A program made the position numbers and the translations under genes. DNA of 64,000 nucleotides from Basidiobolus meristosporus CBS 931.73. Lineage: Eukaryota; Fungi; Basidiobolomycota. The notes under the pieces are model-generated. The model saw only the letters and a program-made list of their open reading frames with translations. It did not search any database and had not been told where the DNA came from. This document shows positions 1-16,793 of this stretch, piece after piece. The stretch spans positions 12,478 through 76,477 of the forward strand of contig MCFE01000429.1 of the NCBI GenBank assembly GCA_002104905.1. The letters run 5' to 3'. The number at the start of each line of letters is the position of its first letter. Positions within the stretch are counted from its first letter, which is position 1.

Positions 1-768
1 CCGAGCACTAAACCACTATTATTAATCCTCCAATCCTAGTTGAACACATGAAGGCTGTTGGAAACAATCTTATCCTAAATCAGGTTGGTCCACAGCAAGA
101 CACTTTGTTAGGCTTTCTCCCAAAAGCACTGTCCAGCGTTGCACATTTAAACATGCAATGTGTAACTTTACCTTTGACTTGTGGGTGGGTCCGCTCTCTT
201 GCCTACAAACCATTAGTGTTTTTTACCATTGATGATCTAATTGGTGAAGTCAAGGAATCCTGTTATAATTTGTAACCTAAAGCATAGATTTAACAGGTGT
301 AGAGCAACACCGCCTGTGTGCAGTAAGCAGCATTTTTATGGAATGTAACAACAGTATTCGAAGTAGCGATATATACTGGTTTAACCACTTTTTGACTTAT
401 AAATGGATTCAACATGCAAATAGTATATGCTCTGCTGTTTTTAGTTCTCCAGCATTTCAGCGGAGTGCATTCATAGATTTGATATCAAGGTTGGAAGTAC
501 ACTAAAATGTGACTGAGGAAGGCGTCAATTCAGCGCAGAAATTGAACTAATCCTCCATAGATAACCACGTAATATTCATTCATGGATATAATAGAAATAA
601 AAAAGATTTAGATTTTTTTTCTCTAATGCACTCAGGAATTTTTTTTCCTTCAACTTCGAGCATTTCTCCAATTACTACTAATATCAGTATTGAAGCTCGA
701 ACGTTTGCTCATTCATACGGTCGACCTTGAAATCCCTTCATAGCTTTCCTTCGTCGAATTTCGTAAAA

Positions 769-2631
769 ATGTATCACGAACCTTATGAAGATGAAGACAT
801 CGCTGCCGATGTCGATTTGGTTGCCGGGGTTTATGCTCAAGGGGACATGACTGCTGATGATGACATTTTAGAAGAAGGTAAACGCAGATTACAAGAGACT
901 GTATTTTGGCATAAATATTTCGAGTCAAAATAATCCCTTCCTTAACTTAACTAATGGTGATTCTTTCATATAGAACAATTATTAATTCAACAGCAGCTTG
1001 CACAACAATATGTTGATACCCAAATACCTGATGTTGTCAAAAATTTCATCGCTTATTTCCACCGTAGCGTTCGCGACAATGCCGTTTATGAGCTACATTC
1101 TATTTACGAGAATACCTTCAACAAGCTGACTGAAAGGTTCTATGCTAAAGAACCTTGGCCTGAAGCCGAGTACATCGCTCCCTTGGTCAACGAAGGTCGG
1201 TATTCTCGTAGTTTTATTTGTAATAATCAAGTCATACTCAGCTCAATCTTTCCATGTAGATCAAATCTTCTTGACTTTGTATCGTGAATTGTACTATCGC
1301 CACATTTACCAAAGACTTCAACCCACCATCGAGCACAGGTTCCGCTCCTATGAAAATTACTGCGCCTTGTTCAACTACATTTTGAGTAAGTCGCCCGGGC
1401 TTCTTGCCCACAAAAGTCGCTTAGTTTTTCGGACTAACATCGATCTGTTTTAGACTCTGATGGACCGGTCAGTCTTGAGCTACCAAACCAATGGCTTTGG
1501 GATATCATTGATGAGTTCATTTATCAATTCCAATCCTTCTGCAACTTCAAAAATCGTGTTAAGAACAAGACCAAGGAGGAGATCTATTTGTTAAAAGAGA
1601 ATCTCCAGGTTTGGAGTTGCTATAGTGTGCTCAACGTCTTGTACTCTTTGATCCAGAAATCACGGATCACCGAGCAGCTGCTTGTGAGCAAGAATGGCGG
1701 CGACATGGTCGAGGCAGCTGGAGAATATGGTTCGCGTACTTTGTACAAGATGCTTGGTTACTTCAGTATCGTTGGTCTGCTTCGTGTCCACTGCCTTCTT
1801 GGAGATTATACAATGGCCTTGAAGATGATGGAGAATATCGAGCTTAGCAAGAAAGCGCTGTTTGCTCGCGTTACTGCTTGTCACGTTACCACTTACTACT
1901 ATGTTGGCTTCGCCTACATGATGATGAGAAGATATGCCGACGCTATCAAGACTTTCTCTCACATCTTGGTATTTATCACGCGCATTCGCCAGGTTCACTC
2001 GAAGTCCTACCAGTTCGATCAAATCAACAAGAAGGGCGACCAGATGTATGCCTTGCTTGCCGTTTGTGTTGCTCTTTCACCAACTCGCTTGGATGAAAGC
2101 ATCCACACCCACATGCGCGAGAAGTATGGAGAGCAATTGTCGAAAATCCAACGTGGAGAGGATCCAATTCAAACTATCGAAGACTTGTTCTTGTACGCAT
2201 GCCCCAAGTTCATCTCTCCCATGAGCCCCAACTATGACGACTTGGAAAACAACCCACCCGAGCCTAGTACTTATCAAGCCAAGATTTTCATGTCTGAAGT
2301 TCGCAAGCAGATCTTGATCCCTACCTTGAGATCATACCTAAAGCTATACACCACTATGAGTATCGAAAAGCTCGCGGCATTCCTTGAGGTGGATCCCGAA
2401 GAGCTCCGTACACAATTGATGATCTTCAAACAGAAGAGTCGTCAAAGAAAGTGGGTCGAAGGTACTTTGTTAGACAGCGAAACTGTTACCAGCACAGACT
2501 TGGACTTCTCAGTCAACAACGACATGATCCACATCGCTGAGAGCAAAGTGGGACGTCGCTATGGTGACTGGTTTATTCGTAATATCCACAAGTTCGAAGA
2601 TATTATCTCCAACATGGAGCTTCGTGCTTGA
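769..2631 (+). CDS. EIF3L: Eukaryotic translation initiation factor 3 subunit L, 4 exons
   Basis: ATG at 769; GT-AG introns at about 878-973, 1197-1259 and 1386-1453. Motifs [50 protein letters not shown] and [10 protein letters not shown], plus C-terminal [11 protein letters not shown]. Confidence 0.95.
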
Positions 2632-3424
2632 AGAGCTTTGTGCGCCTTGTAGCTGATTTTTTGCGACCTAGCCGGTTTTCATCTCTCTTCCTCCTTCATA
2701 CTAACCTCACATTAAATGAACCTCATCAGACAGTTAAACGTTATTTTATCAGTGTTATATATCGATGAGCATGAGCGTAGGCCAGTTTGTGTAGCATGTA
2801 TGGCGGTGCTATCCTTTTGGCCCCAAATGAGCCATGATGCTCCAATTGGGAAGGAAAGGTCATTGAGTTGGGCATTGAGGGAGGATAAGTCGAGAGATCA
2901 GGCAGATGCTGAGGTAGTTAGATATTTAAGCTTAAAAGCCAATCTATTCTCCTCGAGAGTGATCTGCAGCATTCCCAGGTGGGCCACTTAACCTCGGTTA
3001 GGGGACCTTTGCTACCTATCGTTACATCTTACTCTATTAGTTCATTTGATTCCATGGAAGAATCATGATTGTTCAATTTAACTTTCTACAAGCCCACTTT
3101 CGTCCAGGTCGTGAGATCATATTTTGCTCCGTGCTGAGATAGCTTGATTGTACGTAACGTTGTTGGATATGGCTTGTGAGCCATATATGGAACTAATGGA
3201 AAGATGATCAGATGGGATTCTCTGTGGTCTCTTGCTCAAATGCCACTCGATATTCTGGGAATCATCTATACTTCCCTATGCTTTGGTGCCCAATCAGCGA
3301 GCCAATCATTCCATCTCGTTGGAGTTTGGATTTTTTGGGTTGTCATTGGACTAAACTGACATTCATAAGCATTCAATTGACCTCCTTCCTCAATACAGAT
3401 TTCTTATTCATACTTGTTCTCAGC

Positions 3425-5133
3425 ATGCCCCAATACTGGCTCGTATCAGTCCCTGCCAACGGAAGCAAAGACTCTTCCTTCCAGAGCTTACGTACTTCTA
3501 TCAATGAAGTAGCCGAAGCCAGCTCTCTTGAGCTCCCCGAATTCAAAGTAAGCTCAAATCAAGGATTCCTGGATGCTTTCAGATATTAATAAGCCGTGGA
3601 GATTGGGACTTTAGATACTTTGGTTGTGTTGTCTGATGATTTGGTCAAGTATGACCAAGCTTTTGAAGCCACAGTCGTGAAAATGGTTGACAATCTTAAA
3701 GCGCTCCTTCGTGGAGACGCTGCTCAGCTTGAGGAAGCTCTGACTGTAAACGAGAGTAGGTTCTTTGGACTTGATGTTAGGGTCGCCTGATATCCATCTT
3801 AACATCATCTCGCTATTTTTAGAGCCTGTTGATCATTTCTTGAAGTCTTTCCAGTGGAATTCGATGAAGTATCGCTCTGATAAGCCTCTGAAGGAAATCG
3901 CGGAACTTATCAACCAAGCAAGTATTTTTCCATGTGTCGGATGTACTCTATTCGTACTGATCTCGAGCCTAATGAAAACAGGAAGGAAGCTCTCTTGATT
4001 CTTCTATGAAGGCGAAAATGAGCCAGTACAACAGTGTCAAGAGCTCTTTGACCAATATCGAGAGAAAGCAAACGTACGCTACTTTCTTTAGTTGAAATGG
4101 CTTATCAAGGTACTAAAATACAGATATAGCGGTAACCTTGCTGTTCGCGGTCTTGCGGACATAGTGAAAAAGGAGCATTGTGTTCTCGACTCTGAATATC
4201 TTCAAACTCTCTTTGTTGCGGTTCCAAAGTCGGTATTATTACCCGTTTAGTTACTGGTGCATGCGATTTGAGTTAACTTTGGGCCTTTGACGTTTTAGGA
4301 ACCTGTACAAGGATTGGGAAGCAAAATATGAAACTCTAACCGAGATGGTTGTACCTAGATCCTCATCGTAAGCTAATGAATCATTTGTAGCACTAATGTT
4401 CCTTCTAATCACAGATGAATATTTCTAGGAAAATAGCGGAGGACAACGACTATGGCCTGTTCGCTGTTAGCGTTTTCCAGCGGGTGGTTAACGACTTCAG
4501 CCTAAAATGTAGAGAGGAGAAGCAAGTGAACTCAAGAACCTTTTATATGATGTTTATGCTAATCTGTATCCATTAGATTCATTGTTAGAGAATTTGAGTA
4601 CAACGAGGAGCAGCTGGAGGAAGATAAGAGAGAATATGAGGAAACCGAGGCGTCCGAAAGAGAGCAATGGGTAATTATCGTTATGCCAATGTGTCAGTAT
4701 ACGACGGGCAGCTCAACCTTGGAAAATGCCTTTTAGAAATCCCTCCTACAATGGTGCAAGACCAGCTTTGGTGAAGTGTTTGCAGCGTGGATTCACATCA
4801 AGATTCTCCGAGTCTTCGTAGAATCGGTCTTGAGATATGGGCTGCCATTAGATTACAGTGCAGCAATGATTAAGGTAAGTACATGGGCCTGAGACATCGT
4901 CCAGATTTTCCGCTCCCTCTTGCTCCTGACTAACCTTTTGGTTTCAGCCCAAGGCAAAGGGTGGCTCGAAGATTCGTGATCTTCTTGTCAAGAAATACGC
5001 TAGCCTTGGTGGTTCGTTCGGGCAAGAAGACCATAGCGATCATTTGGACGAATATCAAGGACTTATCGACAAGGATTACACTCCATTTGTCCTCTTCAAT
5101 ATCCCATGGACAGTATTTGATAAGGAGAAATAA
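3425..5133 (+). CDS. VMA5: V-ATPase V1 subunit C, multi-exon
   Basis: Spliced frame gives [69 protein letters not shown] and [20 protein letters not shown]. Stop TAA at 5131-5133. Confidence 0.95.
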
Positions 5134-5870
5134 ATGACCAGACCTTGCTGCACAATTAAGCGAAGTTGCTTCGTTAAAGCCCAAATACCCATTGCCTCAT
5201 GCATTCCTCGCCTGTCTATTTTGGTACCTAATTCTATTCAATAAAAGCTGTCCAGTTAGCTAGCACACAATCACCATAACTATCACGCAGCCATTTATGC
5301 TGAAATCAAAAAAGAATCTTCCATACGGGCGGGCTTTCGCCTCTTGTCAAGTTAGCCCAGCCAGGTATGTTGGGGAAGAAGACACATTTGTAGCATGTAC
5401 GCAAACGACAAGCTGGCGAAGTTGAACTAAATTGAGGCATAGAGTAGAACTCCCTTGATGAAATTGTGGCAGGCAGGCAGGGCAAATTTGTGCTTCATAT
5501 GTGCGAATGGAGTATCAAATTTGGTCTATTTGAGCAGACTGGAGTAAATTAGGTGAGGCGAGAGCAAATCTGGTGCGAATCTGCGAAATATCCATCATAA
5601 TGATACTCGATTGAATGGCAATATCGGCCCAACTAATATAAATTAATTGATCTGATAATATACTACACATTCTGGGAACTGCTGCCAAAGTGGCTAATAC
5701 AGTTGCAAGGGTAACCCGAGGCTGAGGGCTCGCCCAGCATGACCGATATGGTAGACGGAGAGCATATGTAGGTGGATCATCCGATCTGCCAAATTCCTTT
5801 AATTTCAGCAATAGTCGACTGCCCGATCTTGCTTATCCTCTCTCCCGTTAATCCCGATCATTCAAGCAAT

Positions 5871-6769
5871 ATGCGTTGTTCACATTTTTCCAAGGTGCTG
5901 ACATTTTTGGCGACCTCTTTCCTTGCAACCGCCTCCGCAGAGAGTTCCGCCGATTGCCCCGCAAGAGTCCTCCTCGTTTTGAACAAACAACAGGTACCCA
6001 TAGATTGAAGTGGCGTACTTTGGCTTCAATATACTAAACGTTGATACTACTGGCCAGTCTCACGAGTACATCGATTCCCCGAAGTTTACTTTATCAAAGG
6101 TGACCCTACTTTCTGCTTTCCTAATCTGCTCCCGCGGTATGCTCACAGGTGTTCTTCTATAGCACGTTATCAGTAACAATGCAGGTCAAGCCGCAAACGT
6201 CGAGCGTTACAAGAGCAGCTGCGACGCTCAATATTTAGACCTTTCCCAAGGTAATTTCAGCTTTCTCCTTGACACTTCCTCCGTTCAGCAGCTAATTTGC
6301 ATTCGCAGTGAGCGATTTGAAGCAAGGAGCCTCCTACATCATCTCCGGCACTGAAGGTATTTTCGAATCCGCAAGTTGACTGCTGGTCTAAAGGGTTAAC
6401 CCACGTAATTCTCTTACTTAAGGGTCCATCGATAAAGCACTCGAGCACATCCAGAACATCGTCAAGGATTATACAGTTGTTCTGGACAGCAAAGCCCATT
6501 TGCAAAAGCGTCAGCAAGAGGTCACCCCTACCAAACCAGACGAGACTGCACCAAGCAACTCCGGCCCCTCCATTCCTGGCCCTTCTACCAATCCAGGCAA
6601 GAATGAGAGCCGTACGGATCAACTGCGCAGCAAATTCTGGACCATCGGTCTGCTCACTGGTTTGCTGACCACATTCATCATGGTCCTCATCCTACTAGTT
6701 GGAATCTGCTGGCTGGCAAGCATCGAGGGACCTACGCGGTTCGAAAGTGTCAAACAGAAGAGGTCTTGA
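5871..6769 (+). CDS. Type I membrane protein, V-ATPase accessory subunit S1 (Ac45/Voa1/Big1-like)
   Basis: N-terminal signal peptide (MRCSHFSKVLTFLATSFLATASA) and several GT-AG introns. C-terminal FWTIGLLTGLLTTFIMVLILLVGICWLASIEGPTRFE resembles the Ac45/Voa1 TM tail (FFxPGIxMGL...L..I....RFE/D). Confidence 0.7.
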
Positions 6770-7387
6770 TTTTCCCACCGAGCATAACCTAACCCCCACC
6801 ATCCCTGATATATCTCACCTTCGTCTCGTTGTTTTGTTCCCCAAGCTGCATAAAATTCCAATTTTCAATATTACGTTCCCCCTGTTCACTAAGGGCTCAC
6901 CATCTCTGGCGTAGTGATTTCCATGTTGAAGCTCTCAGATACGTTGGCGAAAGTCCTCAATATCCCCTCTGCCATTACCATATCTTTCAAATAGTTGAAC
7001 GTGTAATGTTGCTCCGGCCAAGGCGCTACTGAGCCTGCTGTATGTTCCATTTATGACTGGAAAACTGTAAACTGTTCTTCAAAAAGCGAGCATTGGCGAC
7101 CAAAGAATGATTTATGCACTAGCTCCATCACGCGTAGAGAATCTGGGAAATCATAGCAAATATAGTAAACAACCTTCGTGTGAGTCAATGCCATAGTTTA
7201 ATCCAAATGAAGTCTCACTCGGAATATGTTGACCAGTCAGAATGTTACCTAGCTTCATCACAACCCAATTTGATTTTTACTCTAATCTCAGTACTGTACA
7301 CAGTGAACTGCTTCCTAGCTTGACAACCATATTTTTTCTAACATACATATTCGAGCCCATACCCATACACCATATAAAGGAATTCCG

Positions 7388-10300
7388 ATGGCAAATATAA
7401 AGCGCGGTGACCAGTCTTCCTGGGTGTACGACGCGTCTTTAGAAACGGAGGACAAAATTACTCAAGATCATCTGATAAAATTCTACGGGCTTTCCAATAC
7501 CACTGCCAGGCCCTATTGTCCGAACAGATACTCTTCAAAATGCTTCACAGAGAAGAAGACTCGTTGCACCAACTCTCGTTGCAAAGATAATCCAAATTGT
7601 TTGAATCATCTAGGCCAAGAGTTCTGGGAAAGAGAGGGTGGGTGTCGGGTGAAATGCCAAGGATGTTTTTGGGTTTCACGTGGGGATAGGCTTCTAATGG
7701 GCTCTCTTTTGTTTACAAGATGCGTTTGAGAAATATTGTCAGGCCAATGGATTATCGGTTGACCTTGCAGAGGTACGAACTCGAATGGAAGGGAGTCCTG
7801 TTGGCTTGAAAGTACTATTTTTATACTCCACTCTGTGATCGTATGCTTCCTGACTTGTTTATCTGATAGAACTTGGGAGCTACTTGCTATGTGAACTCTC
7901 TCTTGCAGGTAGGAGTGCCACCACCTTAATATCAGAGCGCTTTTTAATCCTTGAGGCGTCCCAGGTCTGGTTTCATAATCTGCATATTAGAAAGGGCATC
8001 TACGAGTTTCAACACCATGAAGAGAGGGTAAACAGTAATACAAGTTCACGATTTTAGCTTCGCCGAGACTAACCGATTTTTCATCATTGGCAAGAACCCC
8101 ATATGTTATCAGCTTCAGCGGGCTTTTGCTTTCCTAGAGCACGGAAATCAAGACACCTACGATCCCATTCATTTCATAGAAGCGCTGGAGCTAAATGCCG
8201 ATGAGGAGCAAGATGTCCAAGAGTGAGTGATTTTCATATCACAGAAAGCTCTGTAGGAATTAATGACATTTGGTTCTAGGTTCTGTAAACTATTCACTTC
8301 TCTTCTCAATAGTGTTTTTGAAACCCAGGAAAGGGCAAATCTTCGCAACCTGTTCAAAGATCAGGTAACTAGTTAATTACCAGCATCAGTAGTTGTACCA
8401 TGGATTTCAACATGCACATAGTTTGAAGGGGAATACGAATACGGAACCAAATGCTCCAAGTGCAAAAATGTCTCCCACCGTCGCGAAACGTTTCACGAAC
8501 TAGAGCTACATATCAAGGTTATTGTGGTTTTCTTGGAGGCGGATGAGCCTGGATAACTAAGGGTTGCTTTGTAGGATAATACTTCGTTAGAGCAGTGCAT
8601 CGAGCGATTCCTAAAGCCTGAAACAATGAAAGGAGATGATCAGTATGTTACTCATTCGTTAAGATTCCTCACATCCAAGCGTTTATTTGATGCTACTGTA
8701 TCGCAGATATTTTTGTTCTGAATGCGAATCGAAGCAAAACGCGACACGTACAACAAGAATCAACAAGTTGCCAAATGTATGTGACAATAGTATTGTATTT
8801 GATTGAGTCAAGTCCTTACTCTGCACCTCTGTATAGGTCCTAAATGTTCAGTTGATGAGATTTGTTTACGACATCAAGACGTGTACCAAGAAGAAGAACA
8901 ATGCTCGCATCAAATTTCCAAGGACTCTGAGCGCTTGTATGCTACAAACCCCTCTACAAAAGAAGAGAAAAGGGACCTCAACAGAGGACAGCAAAGGTAT
9001 CATTCCGGACCATAAGCGTAAGAGATCCGTAGGCGATGACTTATGTTCTATAGATGGTCACGCTTCTCAGCAAAAAGTCATATCTAAATCTGTAAAGGGT
9101 AAAGATGATGCAGGTATGCAGATCGATGAGTTCGTTGACCTCCCAAACAATCAAACAACATCTACACTTACCGAGGATGTGGTAAGTGTGGCGACTTCGG
9201 GAGAAGGTACTGAACACAAAGCGCGAATGGTTTGTACCAAAGGCTCAGCAGATGGTCCTACAAGCGATAATTCAGGATTGAAATCCCTCAAGTCACCAAC
9301 TTCTGGTAGACGAGAATCCATTCGCATACAAAATCAGATTACCACCAACGCAGCGAACAATGCGAGTGGCGATATTGAAGTACGCACTGTAGTACTGGAA
9401 CACTCTGTATCTTCAGAACAAACCGCTACTGAGACACCTAATGCGGCCGTAACTCCAAGACGACGGAGACGTAAGGGCGCACAAACTCGATCCCCCCTTA
9501 CTACACCCAAGCTTAATGACGAGGTAATACCCCCAGCGGAGCCGACCAATGGATCAACAACAAGTCACTCAAAAAAAAGACGTAAAAAACAACCGAAAGA
9601 GGCTGGTGTAGATACTTTAGCTGAACCGACTACCGAAATGTGTAGCGAGATTGATGAAAACGGGTCTTCCGAGGAGAACGATACGGATGATGTCTACGAC
9701 TTGACAGCAGTGCTCACACATGAAGGGCCTAGTGCATATTCGGGGCATTACACAGCATATGTGTTCGATACAGGGTAAAATTTACTGGCATTATAGCAAG
9801 ATTTCTCCAGCCCTACAGCTAACTTCCAAAATATAGTAAACAGTGCTGGTTCAAGTTCGACGATGAGAAGGTGACCAACGAAGGGCCTGTTCTAAATCTT
9901 CAGACTTGTCAAGATTCCAAGCCCAAGAAGAAAAAATCCGTCAGCTCGGAGAGCTCGGAGAAGGTTAAAACGGAAGAGATAGAGCCAGAGCATATCGAAA
10001 ACGGAGATCACCACTGTTCTTCCAGGGATGCCTATATGCTCATTTACACGAAACGTACCTTAGATCAACCACAAATGGTTCGACCCATGGACACAATCAT
10101 GCAAGAGATTGAGCAGGCTAACCGCTTGATGCACAAACAAGCCCATGCGCAGAATGAGTCATTATTTTCGGCGAGAGAGCAGTTCGATCGTGAGCGGGAA
10201 AGTAGGCGTGCCATTTACTCGACCTGGGACGTGGTTGAAGAAAACGGGGCTTCGTATTTCTTTCCAAAATCATTTCTACAAGATTGGATCAATGGTCCAT

Positions 10301-11753
10301 TATACCAATCGGAAGAATCCAAATCGTCAAGCTCAGGAAGTGTGCCCCCGGCTGTTCCTGTATTGGCCTGTGATCATGGCAACCTTAGTCCGTATCAAAT
10401 GAAGCTGGTCAAAAGAGTCAACAAGGTAGGTTGGGCCAGCTCGCTTTCTTCTACCCCGAAACTAACCGAAGGATCCAGGCTTGTGGGGAGATGATTACCC
10501 AGCAACACCCCGGGTGGGACGAGGTGTTTAGTTTGGATCAGTTGTGCTCGAAATGCGCATTGGAATTCCTTAAGGAAAAGCGATACCAAGCCCAACACTC
10601 TAAGGATGTTCAAGAGTTCGAGAAGGCCATGAAAGTCAAATCTCCCGAGCAGTACCTGATATCCAAGGCGTGGGTAAAGGAGTGGTGCAAGAAAACGCCA
10701 GGATTCGACTGGGAGGATATCTCAAGTGACCCTTTCCCTGAGCACGAAGCATATGGGCTAGATGTTAGATGTACTCACGGGGGAGTTTCATTAGACCTTT
10801 CTAACTGCAGACCAATCACCAAGAAGGCCATGGAGGTCTTGGTGAAGCTGTTTCCCAATTACCAGCCACCTGATGAGTCCACATCCCAATGTGAGAAATG
10901 CGTGAAGGAGCAGGAGAACGGCAGATCTTCCTCTGCAAGGGCATTAAAGGAAGTAGAGGAAGAGAGAATGCAGTGCAAATATCTAGTGACCCAAGGCCGG
11001 AAGGATCTAGCTACACTGTCAGAGCCTACCTACTTCGTTATTGACAATGCATTCATTCAAGAATGGAGAAGCTTCGTTAGAAATCCCGAGAGCAAGCTTC
11101 GCCCTGAAGCTTTCGACAACAGCTTTCTTTTCTGTCAACATGGAAGGCTTCATTATGACTTTTCCGATCCTGTTGACCAGCCGGTTCTGAACAAACTTTC
11201 CTTTCTCACCAGCCCCGAGTGGTTGCTTTTCAAGTCCCATTACGCCGGAGGGCCGGAGGTTCAACTCAAAAAACCCATCATCGAGGATCAGGTGATCTAC
11301 GAAACCATTCCAGGTGTGTGTCCCGAATGCGTGGTTAGTCGTCGGCTTGATTTTCAAGAAGCCGTTGTCCACATCTGTCGAAAAGAGAAATCCGAGCAGT
11401 CGGAGGTATCGGCTGAAGGGAAAAAGAAGAGAACCGCCCGCGGAACTCGAGTTTCTCAGCGATCGAAATCTAATGTCCGCGCCAGGATTACGGTTAGGAA
11501 AGATGACACCGTCAAGGACATCAAGGTGAAGATTATGGACAAGCTTAATATCAGCCCGCTCTACCAGCGCTTGTATTTCCTGGACCACGAGTTGGTGAAT
11601 AACGACGTGAGCATCCGTGAACTTGGCATGCTTCCTAACAGCCAGATCTATCTCTCTGAAATAGAGCCAGTAAAGGAAGAAGAGGAGATTTGGGAGGACC
11701 AAGCTTCCAAAGGAGAAGAGACAGGATTCAAGGGAACCAGTTTACTAGCTTGA
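7388..11753 (+). CDS. USP48: Ubiquitin C-terminal hydrolase of the USP48 type (USP + DUSP + C-terminal UBL), multi-exon
   Basis: N-terminal CKDNPNCLNHLG; Cys box (NLGATCYVNSLLQ, split by an intron); His box YDLTAVLTHEGPSAYSGHY; WFKFDDEKV; SSRDAYMLIY; DUSP-like YLISKAW and FVIDNAFIQEWRSFV; C-terminal UBL TVKDIKVKIMDKLNISPLYQRL. Confidence 0.85.
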
Positions 11754-12064
11754 TAGATTCCTGTCTACCTACCGACCCTTCTGTGGCCCTAATTTTCGTG
11801 TTAATATTCATCCCTCTTCGACTGTGATATCATTTTGCACCATCCCCCCGCTCGTCCTCTCTAGTTCATCGTTACTGACATTCAAATTTATTCACGCTCA
11901 AATAAAACTCGTCGCCCAGAAGTACGCAAAGAGGGGGAAGATTGGTGAACCAAGTCGCGTGATGCAAGTCTCCACCACTGACTTTCTCATGGATGCTTTA
12001 TATACTGGTACTTTTGATGATGGTTTATGTGGTTGAAATGGAAACCTGAAAGGAAAATTGGCTT

Positions 12065-13274
12065 CTAGTGAATTGGTACTGGGTTCCGAACTCCTAGTGG
12101 GTTTTTAGAGTAGCTTAAGCGGATTCCACCTTTGACTGAGCTGCTCAGGAGGTGGCCTTGCAACTCGTGTAGTGTGTGTGAGGCCATTTGGATATCATCA
12201 AACTCTACGAAGCACATTGGCCCGTTGTGAGGTTTCACACGAAAACAAAGTCTTTTGTACCCAGGCTGGACGGAGAATACCTGGTACAACTCCTCCTCCT
12301 TGGTGCTCATGGGCAAGTTTCCCACATATAGAGTATTGCAAGGTGGATTCTGATCTCCAGTATTCACGCGTACGGTAGAAGAGGTGGTCGACGGTAGAAA
12401 GCAGGCTGTAACAGTGTCCGCGGCCTTGGATGTTGGGAATGGAAGCAAGTCAGAAGTGGACGACCGATTTGCATTCGCTCCGAATAGGGTGCTGCTCTTG
12501 TTTAACGAGGTTGAAACGCTGAATTTGGGAAAGGAAAAGGAGCTTTCGATGCCTTCAAAGGATGTCGGGGCGGTCATCGAGCGCTTGGGATAGTAGCCCG
12601 GCACTCGGACCATGTTCGCGTCCGAAAGCCCGCAGTCAAGCATGCTCATCTCAAGCGACCCATCCTCAGGTGGTGACGAAGATGCTAGACTCAGAGTCTC
12701 ATAATCCATGCCAAACTCGTGGATTGGAGGCTGTGGTGAGACCAGCAAGCCGCTGGGGAGAATGGGGCCAGCGGAGAACAGACCATCGTACATTGTGTTA
12801 AGCGTAGAGTGCCCTGGATATTGCTTCTTCCCGAAAGCAGTTGTCCCATTTGGTGTTAGAGCCTGGACAAGATTGATGTTGGAGTTCATGAAGGCACCCT
12901 CAGCGGAAAGACCGCGCTTGGTCAGCAAATTCTTCTTGGCCATCTCGGCCTTCAATAAACAACCTCGCTCTGGGTCGACCTTCTTGCCGCTCAAGATGTC
13001 TCGAGCCTGCAGAGCTTCCAATCTGGAACGAAACTTCGCAAACCCAATCTGGTAGGGGAGTATTCAGTATCGTGCGACCCATTTCTGCCTTCGCTTTGTC
13101 AGAACTTACCGCTTGTTTACGGAGACCTTCATCGGCGTCATTTACTGGAGAAGCTTTCAGAGTTGCTGCCTCAAATCCGGGAGAAAACAAAAACATATTC
13201 TGAAACTCTCTCTCTTGCATGTCCTCGGGGAACCCGATCACAAAGATTGTAGTAATCTCTTCATTTCGAATCAT
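12065..13274 (-). CDS. Two-RRM RNA-binding protein, Scw1/Whi3-like; start codon uncertain
   Basis: RRM1 [22 protein letters not shown], then an intron (about 13053-13111), then IIGFAKF...[13 protein letters not shown]2 [13 protein letters not shown]...GYKRLCFR...GPMCFVEF...[15 protein letters not shown]. Confidence 0.85.
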
Positions 13275-14128
13275 AATATTGTTACCAAGTATAGACGCCA
13301 CTGTGCTAGACAGATTTCAGAGGGTGGTTCTACAAAGGATGTGAAGTGACTGCTTTTGAGGTGTTACGAAGTCGGGGATGGAAAATCCGGGCAAGCAGTA
13401 TGGTTCAAGATGATGGGATCTGACGAGGAGTGGCCCCTATATATAAGAAACAAATGGCTAGGATTTCGGGCTCATGGTTTCAACGATTGCAACAAATGGA
13501 AGGAGGTCAAAAATATAGTAATCGAGTACTTAAAATAAGCCGCATGAGCTACACGGGCATAGGTGCGGGGTGAATCGAGTTCAACCAAGGAGACATGGCG
13601 AGAGTCCGTCGCGTGCTCCTGTGCGATACACCCATCATGTGGATGGGTTGGTATTTGTTCTGCAAGCTTCAGTGTATGCATGCTGGAGAAGCGGGAGGAG
13701 GGGAGTGGAAGCTTGAGTGTGTTGCTTCTTACCAAGGAGCCCGGCCACCTTGCACTTGTAAGTACAGCAAAGCCGTCGATTGTGAGTATATTTAGCCCCA
13801 GTCGGCATTGCCAGGCGCTGCAGTCAGACATCGATCTCATATATATCCACTTTGGCCGTCCTTACCCACCAACACACATGGGGAATCTCGATACTGTCAC
13901 AAAAAATAGCAAGGACTGCCTGATGATGACGTGATTTTCATTTAGGCTGGAGCGATTTATTGGCCATGGAAAACTATGCTGGTTGTATTTCATTACACTT
14001 TCCGGTTACGTTCGCCGTGTTGTAAGAATACAGTTGGCAGAAAATTATGGTGGAATGAAACGGAAAAATAGAGATTACAACAGATAATACAAAAGGGATG
14101 TGTCGCATTCGACCAAATCCGGGTAAGC

Positions 14129-16793
<2,665 letters not shown>

